Origin: Nitrospirales bacterium
GTDB lineage: Bacteria > Nitrospirota > Nitrospiria > Nitrospirales > UBA8639
Direction of reading: 5' to 3'
NCBI GenBank assembly: GCA_965203295.1
Contig: CBDBCZ010000010.1
Span: forward strand, 288,001-352,000
Length of the DNA stretch: 64,000 nt
In this document: piece after piece, positions 13,091 to 23,943 of the stretch
Layout of the letters: each line of letters starts with the position of its first letter
Numbering within the stretch: the stretch's first letter is position 1
Position numbers and translations under genes: made by a program
The notes under the pieces: model-generated
Told to the model about the DNA's origin: nothing
Seen by the model: only the letters and a program-made list of their open reading frames with translations
The model's database searches: none

Positions 13091-16000
13091 CTAAACTCCA
13101 CCAAACCCATCATTGCCCTTCAATGACATGATCATGGCGTCTTTAAATGCTTCATAGTCTTCACCATGGCAGGTTGGCAGGCGTAATTGCAAATCACAAG
13201 TACTAGCTGTACAAAACTTCAATGTAGTTACGTTGCTATGTAAAAACGTAACTTTCGGGACCTTGGAAAATCCTAGTGGTGGTATACGGTCTGCTCCTGT
13301 GAAGAATACCAAAATGTCCTTCACGTCACAACCAGAATTTCCATCTGCATGATAAATAAGATAAATAAAGTGAATAGGTTTACCTACTGAAGTAAATACA
13401 CATTGAATACCTTCACACTCATCAAGGAAATCAACAAAGTGGACCCACGCCTGTTCTTCAGCCTGCCTTCGAGAGGATCCAGCCACACTATACTCAATGG
13501 ATACCAGGTCCTTCAAATTCTCTACACATGTATATTGATGTAAGAAGAAACTATGACGAAGTTACACCAAATTGAATAGACACTAGCTTGTATGTCTGCC
13601 GCATGTACATGTATACGAACCCACCTGCAGTGAAAGGTCTGCACTCATCGACGAAAAATGGCCTCATCGCATCAGGGTGTTTTCTGATTATATCCAGAAC
13701 ATCCAATTCCTCCAGACCCTCAGCAAATTGATCCATGCACGCTTTCACTTTAAGCATGCAGTGGTAGTCCACAAGAGTATATCTCAGGCTGGCCTTGTCA
13801 GACAAGACCAGTCTGCAAATGGCTATTCTGAATCCGGTCTCCAGAAGCAACCCAGTAGCTTCTTCCACAGAGAACAACACCTTTACATCATCATCAGATT
13901 CGGCTTGATCAATCTAAAAAAAGTATAACTATGTGCTGACATTACGCCTGCATAAGTTCATATATTTTCTAACTTAATTACCTTATCCAATACAAAAAGT
14001 AGAGCGGGATCAGCAATGTCTGTGTCGCAAACAGCAGTGCTTGTACACTTGCCGGTACAGAGGTAGTTGTATACATATTCAGCCAAGCATGGTAGGCCAC
14101 TACCTCCTTGAATGATGGATACTGCAGTGTATCGGCCAAGGTTATACAGATCTATGTCATTGAGTGTTTGGGAGAACAGAAGTGTGCATATAAAGAAATA
14201 GAACATGCTTTACATTATTAACAGAACTACAGAGATTCAATATTACACAATAGAATGTCATATCTAACCTGAACAGCAGATACATTTGTTGCAAAGAATT
14301 TGCCTTGAAGGAACACATCCCTAGAATTGATAGCCAGCAGCCGGAAAAATTCTCGCCGTGGCCCGCCTTGATCCACTGCTCCCTCACCAACAAATCTGAC
14401 CTTAAAGAAAAAAATCCTTGCATGTATTTCTCTGTAACAAATAAAATATTCTGTAAGTTACTTTCAATTGCTTTGTTGGCTGGAATTTCTTCTTTCGGGC
14501 TTCCTTCATGGCATCTTTCACAAGATGGCTACGTCTGATCTCAATTACCACCGGGTCTCCTTCCTCTAGCACAGAACCTTGCAAGAACTTTACCACATCA
14601 GCAGAACAACTAATTTCATCCCTGTATTATGTCAATATATATCACGTCACAATTATGCACTAGCACTGCACATTTTAAGCCAGCACACATGCAGTATAAC
14701 CTTCCATGATCATCCACATGTACAGTATCACTCTCCGTTACATCAGCAAGGCTCTGCTCTATCACAGACTGCAGAAGAGCATCTTCCATTCTTGGAAGCT
14801 CATCACCCTACAGTTGTGTACACAACGGATAATTTATACAGGCTAAAACAAAACAAATTTTTGTTCACTAACATGTTCACTCTCCACTGGACTCTCAGTT
14901 GTAAGGTCAATTTCTGGCGTACCACTGTACAAATATGAAGTTAAAATGAAATACGTGTAATATTATTCTTCCTAGTATCCCAGATTAATAATACAAAACT
15001 TTTAGTCTTGATTAAGCCTTAAAATCATACCTGTCCCAATTCTCACACCCAAATGCCTGTTTTCTTTAAAAATTATCGAGTGTACTAAACTCTTCAACCC
15101 CTTCAACAGATTATCTACTTCTCCCACGAAAGTATTTCTAATAGTATCATACACAGGACACTCCAAGACCACACGTACTACATTCACACATTCATCCCCA
15201 CATATCTTACACTGCCAATCATTATTTTTACCCCTATGTCTTCCTAACTCTTCATTCAGACCATTAGTATTCAACCTAAACCGTGATCCCCAACCCCCTG
15301 CAAGTAATTCTTAAATTCTAATTCCTTACAAAAAGACTTTTACAGACTCGGTTTAACTTTACTATCTACACGTAAGCCATCAGTAATTAAAAGTCTTTAT
15401 AGTCTCTAAATCTCAACGCTTCATCTACTCTCTCTAAGAACAATTTACATTGCTATCTTCGGCTAATATTCCTGACTGTCTAGATTAAACCGCAGCAACA
15501 ATTCACTAATTCATGTCCTCCAAGTTATTCTTACTTGGCTGTTTCAGATGTAGCTTCACGATTTCCACTTGATAATTCTGAGCTACAAAAAAACAATGCA
15601 TGCATGTTTAAACATTTAATATACACCTATATAGGACAGACATTAAACATTTAAAATACATCTATATAGGACAAACATCAAATCCTTACAAAGCCTTTGC
15701 ACATTCATCAGCATGTTCAGAAAGCTCATCAAGTGGATATTCCTGCGCACACGTCAGACACTTTTCCAATGGCTAACAAAAAATAAAGGCATGATACTAA
15801 TGACATTGCAATGCACTCTTCTCCCGGTCTGACATGTATTTCAAAACAGTTGCAAAGTGAAATGTGCACAAGAGCCTCGGGGTAAATAAGCTTGATACTT
15901 TTTACAACTGTTACAACAGGTAGTACAGTGCATGCACATTAATTTTACAGATGTGCTTCCCATGTGTAGTCATTAGTTATGCAGTAATAATGCTTACGGC

Positions 16001-17520
16001 CTCTGCAGTCCCTTCAACTGCAGTGAGATCCAGATCACGTTGGACTGGTCGAATGTATGTTCTGGAAGCTCCAACACGTTGCTTCAATAGAGCAGGGGAA
16101 GTGTGTACAGCCATGGACAGCACCTCCATGTTCCGGCTGTTGGGTAGACCTTTAAGAAGCTGAAAGCCACCACCTTCCTTTAGCCGAGGAAAGTGTTCAA
16201 GCAGGAGATTGCGAAATTCCACCTGCGACATTTCGAGTGTCTCGAATGCAATCTCTTTCTCACCCAATCCAGCTTGATACAGCTCCTCCTTGTCTGCATC
16301 CACTGTAGGAATCCTCTCCTGATCCCTATAGGCCAGACAAACAAATTTGTGTCGCCACGCTATTCGTTTTTCTGTCTTTTGCTTCTTGGAACGAAAAAGT
16401 CCAGACATCTCCTTCCTAACACGTTTCCTGGAAATTGTGTTGTCTGCTTTCATCCCTGCACGCATTCGTTTCAAGGCAGTAAGAGCCTTGTCTGCCGCTT
16501 GGACAATTCCTGATAGAACGTGTGCACAGGAAAAAAAAAAGAATGATAAACTTCAAGAAATTGTGACTCACTGACCTGATGAATTATTGAAAATGTATCT
16601 CACCACTCTTTCTCCAATACTTGTACATGTATATGATATAAAATGGACACTATACACCTAAAGCTATATATAGGACTACAACATGAACAACATATAGAAC
16701 AAAGAATAAAAGAAGGCCCATACCTGGCCCCAAGTGCACACCAGTGGCACAACTCCCGAACCTATTCTGAAAACTAGAAGTCTCTAGCAGAGACATACCC
16801 CGCGCTCCTGGACCCTGCAGACTGTAACGCCGTATACAAGCTGTAGGCATGGCTGATCACCGTAGTAATGATGCGGGCGTTTCTCTACGTATTCTCCAGT
16901 ATAAGCTCCATGTTGAAGAAAAGACTTGTATACCATACTCGAGGGCTCACGTATGTCCGTATTCACGCTGTAGGCGTGACCAACTGCCGTAAAAAAAGGC
17001 ATGACCAACTGCCATATTAAAAAATGGTGGAACGCACCGATAATCAGAAAAAGCGTGGAAATGCCGAGAATAAAACCGCTTTCTACTATATCAGGTACAG
17101 AAAAGCTAATGTATCACGTATATGAGCATTAACCTCCTGTTTAGAAATTGTTATAGCCTCTAAATCTCCCGTTCAAGGTTTTTTCAAAATTTTTGTATGA
17201 CAGACGACGACGACAACAGATGGACAAAACCGATTACTTAACCCTGCTTGCGCATACGCGCGCGGGGTAATAAACCTAGCCTGACCATGATCACGTTCTA
17301 AGTTGAATTCATTCACAATATAATTATTACAACTTGCCTTCTTTCCGAACTTCATCTTGACGAGGCTGACTTGGTCCTGCACGAGCAGGTTCCGAAGGTG
17401 CAGAGTGAGGCTGACTTGGTCCTGCACTAGGTTCCGAAGAAGGTACAGAAAGAGAGGAAAGGTAGTTGATAGCCTCTCGGGCTTTGGAGAAAAATTCATC
17501 TTCGTAACTTGTGGACACGT
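13091..17520 (-). CDS. HECT E3 ubiquitin ligase 1 (G2E3-like) with UBZ-like zinc finger; multi-exon, possibly degraded
   Basis: HECT C-lobe FFTGADRIPPLGF..ASTCDLQLRLPT..GFGGV, plus IIQGGSG, IEIRRSHLVKD, exon CLTCAQEYPLDELSEHADEC and N-terminal domain AGLGEKEI..FPRLKEGGGF..YIRPVQRDL. The 5' boundary is uncertain. Confidence 0.8.
15002..15530 (-). mobile_element. LINE 3' fragment in a HECT1 intron
   Basis: NGLNEELGRHRG..CKICGDEC..VVLECPVY resembles the C-terminal zinc knuckle of non-LTR retrotransposon ORF2. Confidence 0.65.
17100..17273 (-). mobile_element. Non-autonomous Helentron/DINE-like element 5' end
   Basis: Minus strand reads TTATTACCCCGCGCGCGTATGCGCAAGCAGGGTTAAG (subterminal inverted repeat) followed by a GTCCATCTGTTGTCGTCGTC microsatellite. 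Confidence 0.55.
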
Positions 17521-17559
17521 GCTTCAAGCATTGAAGGTCAAAGGTGACAATCGCAATAA

Positions 17560-17782
17560 ACAATCGCGTGCGTGAGAATGTTATACGTATACGATCCCGA
17601 GAACGTAGCCACAAGAACATTCTCGAGAACGATCCCGGGAACGTTCAGTCAATCGTGCTCGTAAACGCTACGAGATCAATTAATCGCTGTGGGCGCAGCG
17701 TGAATTCACAGCGAGATTAATTAAGCGCTGTGGGCGTACGCGGATCCGGAAGGACTATTTTTGTCGCATTTGGCGTTCCATA
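17560..17782 (-). mobile_element. IS3EU-like terminus A with loose subterminal repeats
   Basis: Minus strand begins TATGGAACGCCAAATGCGACAAAAATAG, closely matching the terminus at 30335. It cuts the 17755-18399 ORF. Confidence 0.65.
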
Positions 17783-18709
17783 GCTTTCTGGCTACTACCT
17801 CGCCAAAAAGGTTTGTTGGGTGGATCTTCCAGGGAATCATGCTTTTTTAGTTGAATCAAATGGGCCCAGGCTCTATACTGCTCACTTGTAAATCTTCCTT
17901 CATGCTTTTCACACAGTTTTTCCTCAATAGATTCAACTTCGGTCATCTTATCCCTATATTCACCATACTTTGTTGTACGTGGTTGTTTATTAGATTTGGA
18001 AGTAGATACAGGCGAGTGAGTACGTTTTTTCGCACGCTCATTTTCTTCACGAGCAGAACACCACAGCAGAATTTCTCGTTTTCGCAAATAGACTTTATAC
18101 ATATCTTCTATATCTTGATCATTCAATAGCCATCTGAGTTTTCCTTTACTCCCGTGTCCTGGTTCAATGTATCCTAACTGTTCGATATCACTCGGGACTT
18201 TGTCTCTACACGATTCCACAAGTGTCTTCTTCAAATGCTCAAGTGATCCAAAGCGATCAGCAAATCGAAGTGTTTGAATAACATAATCAGTCTTTTTCTT
18301 GGGGTTTACGATTTTAACTGAGTAGTTATAGTTTTCACAATGACTTGAAGGATTGGTGGTACTGCTGAACTCTGGTACAGCAGTACTACTTATAATCAAT
18401 GCGGTAGGGGTTATAGACAGCTGAGAAGTTGCAGTTGCAGTATTATCTGCAGTGAACTAAAATGGGAAAGAAACTGTTAAGCTACTGTACTATCCGTAGA
18501 TTTAAAAATTTCTCTCGTAATTCACTTATCTGTTAATTAGGACACCCAGGGTCCATATGCGGTCTTACCTGAAAACCGGACTGACGCTGAGTTCTCATGT
18601 CTTCAGGCATCACAAAAGGTTGGGCTGCAGGAACTATCCCTACGTTAACGGTGGTACTGCTTGACCCATTACTAGCAGATTCACTTTGAAACCACACACT
18701 CTTATCCAT
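17783..18709 (-). pseudogene. Uncharacterised TE-associated protein (PB1-like region + KHxSxxDPPxxPF motif), 3' truncated
   Basis: Two exons; GYIEPGHGSKGKLRWL..DIEDMY..ILLWC..WAHLIQLKKHDSLEDPPNKPFW. CGAGACTA (Academ-type end) at about 18747-18754 lies just upstream. Confidence 0.6.
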
Positions 18710-18899
18710 TTTCTTTACAGTTTGGCAAACACGTTGCAGTCAGTCACGAGACTATATTGCGCAACCTTACGTCACTAGTTACGGAACGGCTGTTCAAACG
18801 GAATTGAAAATTGCAGTAAGATTGCTTTATGTTTTCCGCGTCTGTCTGTTAGTGCGTCCGCACTTATCACGTGCGCAATATATTACGTCATACGTTACT

Positions 18900-21530
18900 A
18901 TGCAACTGCAGTGTACAGCAGCGTTTGGAGGTTTGCAGGCCAAGCTACAGCAAATGAAGGTAGTTTTGTGTTGTCTAGATGGCGAAAACGTGGTAGGTAG
19001 CCGTGAAGATCCTGGTTTCTTGGCATATAGCTACTAACTTGAGGCGCATGACGAAACTGCTCAGTCAGCACATTCGCTGTACCGCTCTAGGAATATAGTT
19101 TCTCTGGCTCTGCAGCTGTAGTTTAGTAGCTTGGCCTAAGCTGAGTTGTGTGTATTGTACGGGAAAGGCGTCCGGTTGGTTTTTAGACATGAAATGTCAG
19201 ACTTGTTTGTGCTGCAGTTCTTTATGCCCCTTTGATTGGTGCGTTGGGCCTCGACGATGTCACTGGTAGCAGAGTAGAGATATGGCATAAAGAGAAGCAA
19301 TTGGATGAAAAGTTGATGAACAAACCACTACCATGGCATCCAGAAGCAGCAGGCTTCAGAGTTTGTCTCTTTGAGCAAGGTAGCTATATTTATTATAATC
19401 CCCCTAACTCTATAATATATGCTGTCTATGGTTTCATCCGCCTCTAACAATACAGAAGGCACCCCACTGCTAAGGTGGGATGGTGACAGTGGTTATCAAG
19501 TGCACTCTGATAACGCAGGTATAAAGTATAGGAATATCTAGTTCCTCTCAGATTCCATCCAACAACTGATTCAAATTGTACAGATGTTTTCAGCATTGTC
19601 GATCAAAGCCCAGAGCGAGTGCACCTAAATGCACAAGATGAAGTTGTCACCCTCTTTTGCATTGCATCTCACCACTCCCTGACGCATGCATACACCTGGA
19701 GCAACCTGGAAGGAGACATTGGGCTAAATTCTCCTGTGCTGTATGTCCATCGCAGTGGAACGTACAAGTGTATGGTGGAAACAGCAGCAGGAGACCAATG
19801 CCACTCCAAGTCCATAGTGGTATCTCTTGGTTAGTTATTTGTAGTTACAATTAATGGTTTGCCATACTTGTCTTCTGTCTTCTACCTACTTCAGTCATTT
19901 CTTCTGGGGAATCTGAGGATGACAATGAGATGACAGGGCTAGACCAGACCTCGACTACTTCTCCTATAGCTAGCCACACTATTGGCAGCCCACACAGCCC
20001 TTCCTCCATGTCCAGTTCTGTCCCTTCACAAATTCCAGCCTCAAACTCCACAGCCACTCTCGTCCCTTCCCAAGGTATATAAGACAGTTGTAAGCTGTTC
20101 TCTTTTTATTATCACCAGTTTTGTTTGGTAGAACAAATGCATAGCTACTTATTGTCACTATGCTAACTTTCCACAGTTGGTATTCGTCAAATTGATGAAG
20201 GTGACCTCACCAGGGCTACGAACAACTTCGCAAACTTGGTTGGCAGAGGTGGTTTTGGATGTGTCTACAGAGGACAATATCACCACCTAGCAATTGCAGT
20301 TAAGCTTCTAACCAAGGTACGTAATTTTTTGGTTTAATGATTTGGCAGTATTACAGTTTAGAATTTATATGTTCAGCCGCAAGTGAATGTGGAGTTGGAG
20401 TGTGATATGAAGCAACTCCTTCAGAGAGAAGTCAGCACTCTAACTAGGTATGATCAGAAGCAGGATGATATAATGACAGGTTTGGCTAGTTATAGTACAC
20501 TTTTCTATTCAGATTCCATCACCCCAATCTAGTATCCCTCATGGGGTACTGTGTTAGGCCACCAGCACTTATCTATCCATTCATGTCGAGACTATCCCTC
20601 TTTCACTGTCTCCACAAATTCAAGGTTTGTATTTGTATCTCATTCTGCATTTCATTGCTGTTAAACTGGGATTTTCTGCAAGGTTGACCGGCCACTTACA
20701 TGGAGAGACCGAATGACAATATTAAATGGGGCAGCTTGTGGTATAGCCTATCTCCATTCATCAGACCCACCTTTTGTTCACCATGATATCAAGCCGTAAG
20801 TGAATATTACATACATGTGCTAAAAAAAATCTGAATTCATTACAGTTGCCTTTCTTCTCCTATAGTCAGAACATCCTACTTGATGGCACCCTAATTGCCA
20901 AAGTGGCAGATTTTGGCTTCGTTACACCACTACCCCAACAAGTTGGGGAAACCCGCATGGTTACTGCAGTGGGGGCTATGGCACTAGCTGGTACACGTGG
21001 CTACCTGGCACCGGAGTTTGCTGATGGCCGACACAGCACAAAGAGTGATGTTTATAGCTATGGGGTGGTACGTGAAAGCTCTATTTTCTTTTGCGCATGA
21101 TAGTATTTATTCTTTCTGATACGTATGCTATAGGTCACACTGGAAACATACACAGGTCTTCTGGCTTTCTCTGAGCAAAGAGAGGAAGAGAAATTGGTGA
21201 GAGTTATCTTTGTTTGCCTATAAGTATATGAAGAGAACATTTGTATATGACAAGTATTCATTATTAGGTGGACTACTGCGAAGAAACTGGAACGCTCTCC
21301 ACCGTTGATGCATTCCGCCGCAGTGTGGATCCCAAGGCAGGTGCAATAGAGCACAACGTGGCGACAGTCTTCCTCGAGGTCATAAAGGCGACCCTCAAGC
21401 GCAATCATAAACGGCGCATCACTATGGATGAGGTAAGTGGTTTGGGTGATGTCAGTATAATATTAAGTGAAACATTCATTTCTATTTATAGGTGCTTGCT
21501 AAGTGGGAGGTACTGAACAACGAAAGTTAA
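18900..21530 (+). CDS. Ig-domain + IRAK/Pelle-like non-RD kinase 2 (kinase exons intact)
   Basis: Ig-like exon (TLFCIA..YTW..GTYKC, about 19584-19830) and S/T linker, then 8 GT-AG kinase exons: [54 protein letters not shown], ending at TAA 21528-21530. The first exon is uncertain. Confidence 0.88.
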
Positions 21531-21782
21531 AGTACTAAACAGGCTCCAGTTACATGTAACTTGACATGTAACTTGCTGTGATTATAGCTATGCAGTGCTT
21601 CTGTACTTTGTGTTGCTCTGGCTCATTAGAAATAAGCCTGATTTTATTCCATGTTAACAAAAAGTTGTGTTTCTAAGTGGTTGCATTTCATTAGTGTATG
21701 GCGCTCGCCCAACACATTAATATTATTTGAAACTCACATGCGCGTTCGAACACGTGCAAGCGTATATTGGCTAGCTATATGT

Positions 21783-23880
21783 ATGGCGATGGCAACGCCT
21801 GCACAAAACAGGTTATTTGTTGATGGTGAGTGGTGCGTACAAGTTTCTAGTTGGCTCTGATATAGGTAATGCCATGCTACACATACTTTTTATTAGGTAT
21901 TTTGCGAAAGTATTTCCATTCCGGGAGGCCGTACAAACTGATTCTTGGCCGTCTTGAAGAAGTGTATAGGATAAAGAGAAGGTATTACGGAGTCTGCTAC
22001 AGCTAAACGTTACTTTTTGCTCACTACTGAGTTCTTACAGCATGAGATGGCTGAAGGTTCAGTTCAAACGATTGGGGTTTAGTCGCCGTCATCAAGTGTA
22101 CACACCAAGAGTGGTGGTTCGTAATTGTCTCAAGGTATTGATCAATATGGAATGCTGTATACAAGCTCACTTGATCTCACTTTTACTCTGCCCCAACAGC
22201 GTGAATTGAAAACCTCCAATTCTCTGAAAGGCTACAGGGCTATGTGGAAACTATTGAGGGAGAAATACCATCTAACCATGAAAAGGTATATATACTTATA
22301 AGTACTTGTAAATATACAGTAACCCTCGGGAGACTACATACCAGTTACTGCACTGTGTTTTCAATGAATATTCAAAATCTGCAATAGACAAACAGTGATG
22401 GAACTACTACGGGAATTAGATCCTGGTGGTGTGAGTTTACGTGCAACACACTGGCTCCAGAGGCGCACATACATCAGCAAGGTACCTAAGTTTCATAAAT
22501 GAAGTTAGGTCAACTCAAATAATTATCATTATAATAATATTATTGTATTTGAACTTTTCGTTAAGGGTCCAAACTTTGCCTGGCACATGGACCAGTATGA
22601 TAAACTCTCGCACTTTGGATTTCATTTCCATGGCTGCATAGATGGGTGAGAATACCGTTAGCACAGTGAACTAAGTACACAACTGTACAAATAACTGTAA
22701 TATATGGGCACATGACTAGACTTAGTGCAGCTGTTTCTTAACATCTATAGGTATTCCCGGAAAATCCTATGGATGAAAATTGCCACCACTAACAGCGCCC
22801 CTGCTGTAGTTTTGAACTACTATCTTTCGTGTGTCAAAGAGCTTAATGGTAAACAAGTTGCATAAAAAATCATGCTTAATGGTAAGAGCTCGTTCATACT
22901 ACATGAACTGTGTGTGTGTTGGAGATAATGAATATAGTTTAGGATATTGTTTAGCTACATAAACTTGATATACTTTCAGGATGCCCCACTGTGTTGCGCT
23001 CAGACAGAGGGACAGAGAATACACTGGTGGCTGAACTCCAAATAGCATTGCGTACTGGACACGGTGACGAATTAGCGGGTGTGAAAAGTATGAGATTCGG
23101 ATCTTCTCATGCCAATTCGGTATGTATGTATTTCCATGTATACCAGGATTGTCCACTGTTATTTATAGTAACTGTATAACACAACGCATTGAATCCTGGT
23201 GGTCTAAATTTCGTTGCTGTAAGTTTGACTGGTGGATTTCACTGCTAAAGTTATGGATTGGTATGCTTTCTGCATGATGGAATTTAGCAGTGAAATTATC
23301 ATCTACACAGACATTGGAGCAAGATGGCTTATTTGATTCCACAGACCCAACTCACAGGTACTCTTATATAACACTTAACAGTTTGTATTTCAATGCAGTG
23401 GCTTATGAAAATAGCATACCGTGCTTTACACATTGGATTATACAGAAAATGTATGGCAGTGGTATTTCTTCCAATTCTAACTCGGGAAATGAATGAGTTT
23501 GTTACTTATTGGAATACCCATAATATTCAGCCCAATCAGACAGCAGACTGTCCCTCAGGGATTCCAGAAGATATATTTGAAATGCCAGACTACTACGGTA
23601 CGTATATATTGAAAGTTAACTACCATTGCTGTTTGACCAACAATATATTCATACATATGCAGGAGCTGAGAATCACCTGAAACCTTTGAATGCAAGTATC
23701 TGGCTACATGGTTTGCTGTGTATGAGTAGGAAGCCACCACAATTTTACGACGACCATTACTTCAACATGTGTAATGACCTTGTAAAGAGCCGATTCAATG
23801 TTGACTTATCAAGGAACGTCTCAGCAACAAACTGTGTTCGTGTCTACAAGTACTTGTTGAACAATCTTAGCACTACCTGA
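21783..23880 (+). CDS. IS3EU-like integrase-core DDE transposase 2, 12 exons; exon 9 splice sites non-canonical
   Basis: Continuous spliced frame: KYFHSG..GYRAMW..DPGGV..GPNFAWHMD(D1)QYDKL..HGCIDGYSRK..LRSD(D2)RGTEN..NS/RIE(E)SWW..WNTH..GIP..TGA 23880. Confidence 0.9.
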
Positions 23881-23943
23881 AACTGGACTATATTATCATG
23901 AGCAATAGCAAAACAATGTCAAAAGTATTGAAACAATAAAAAG

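Noticed and set aside
21783..23880. Retroviral/LTR integrase interpretation
   Set aside because: There is no RT, gag or LTR, and the many conserved introns argue against an RNA intermediate.
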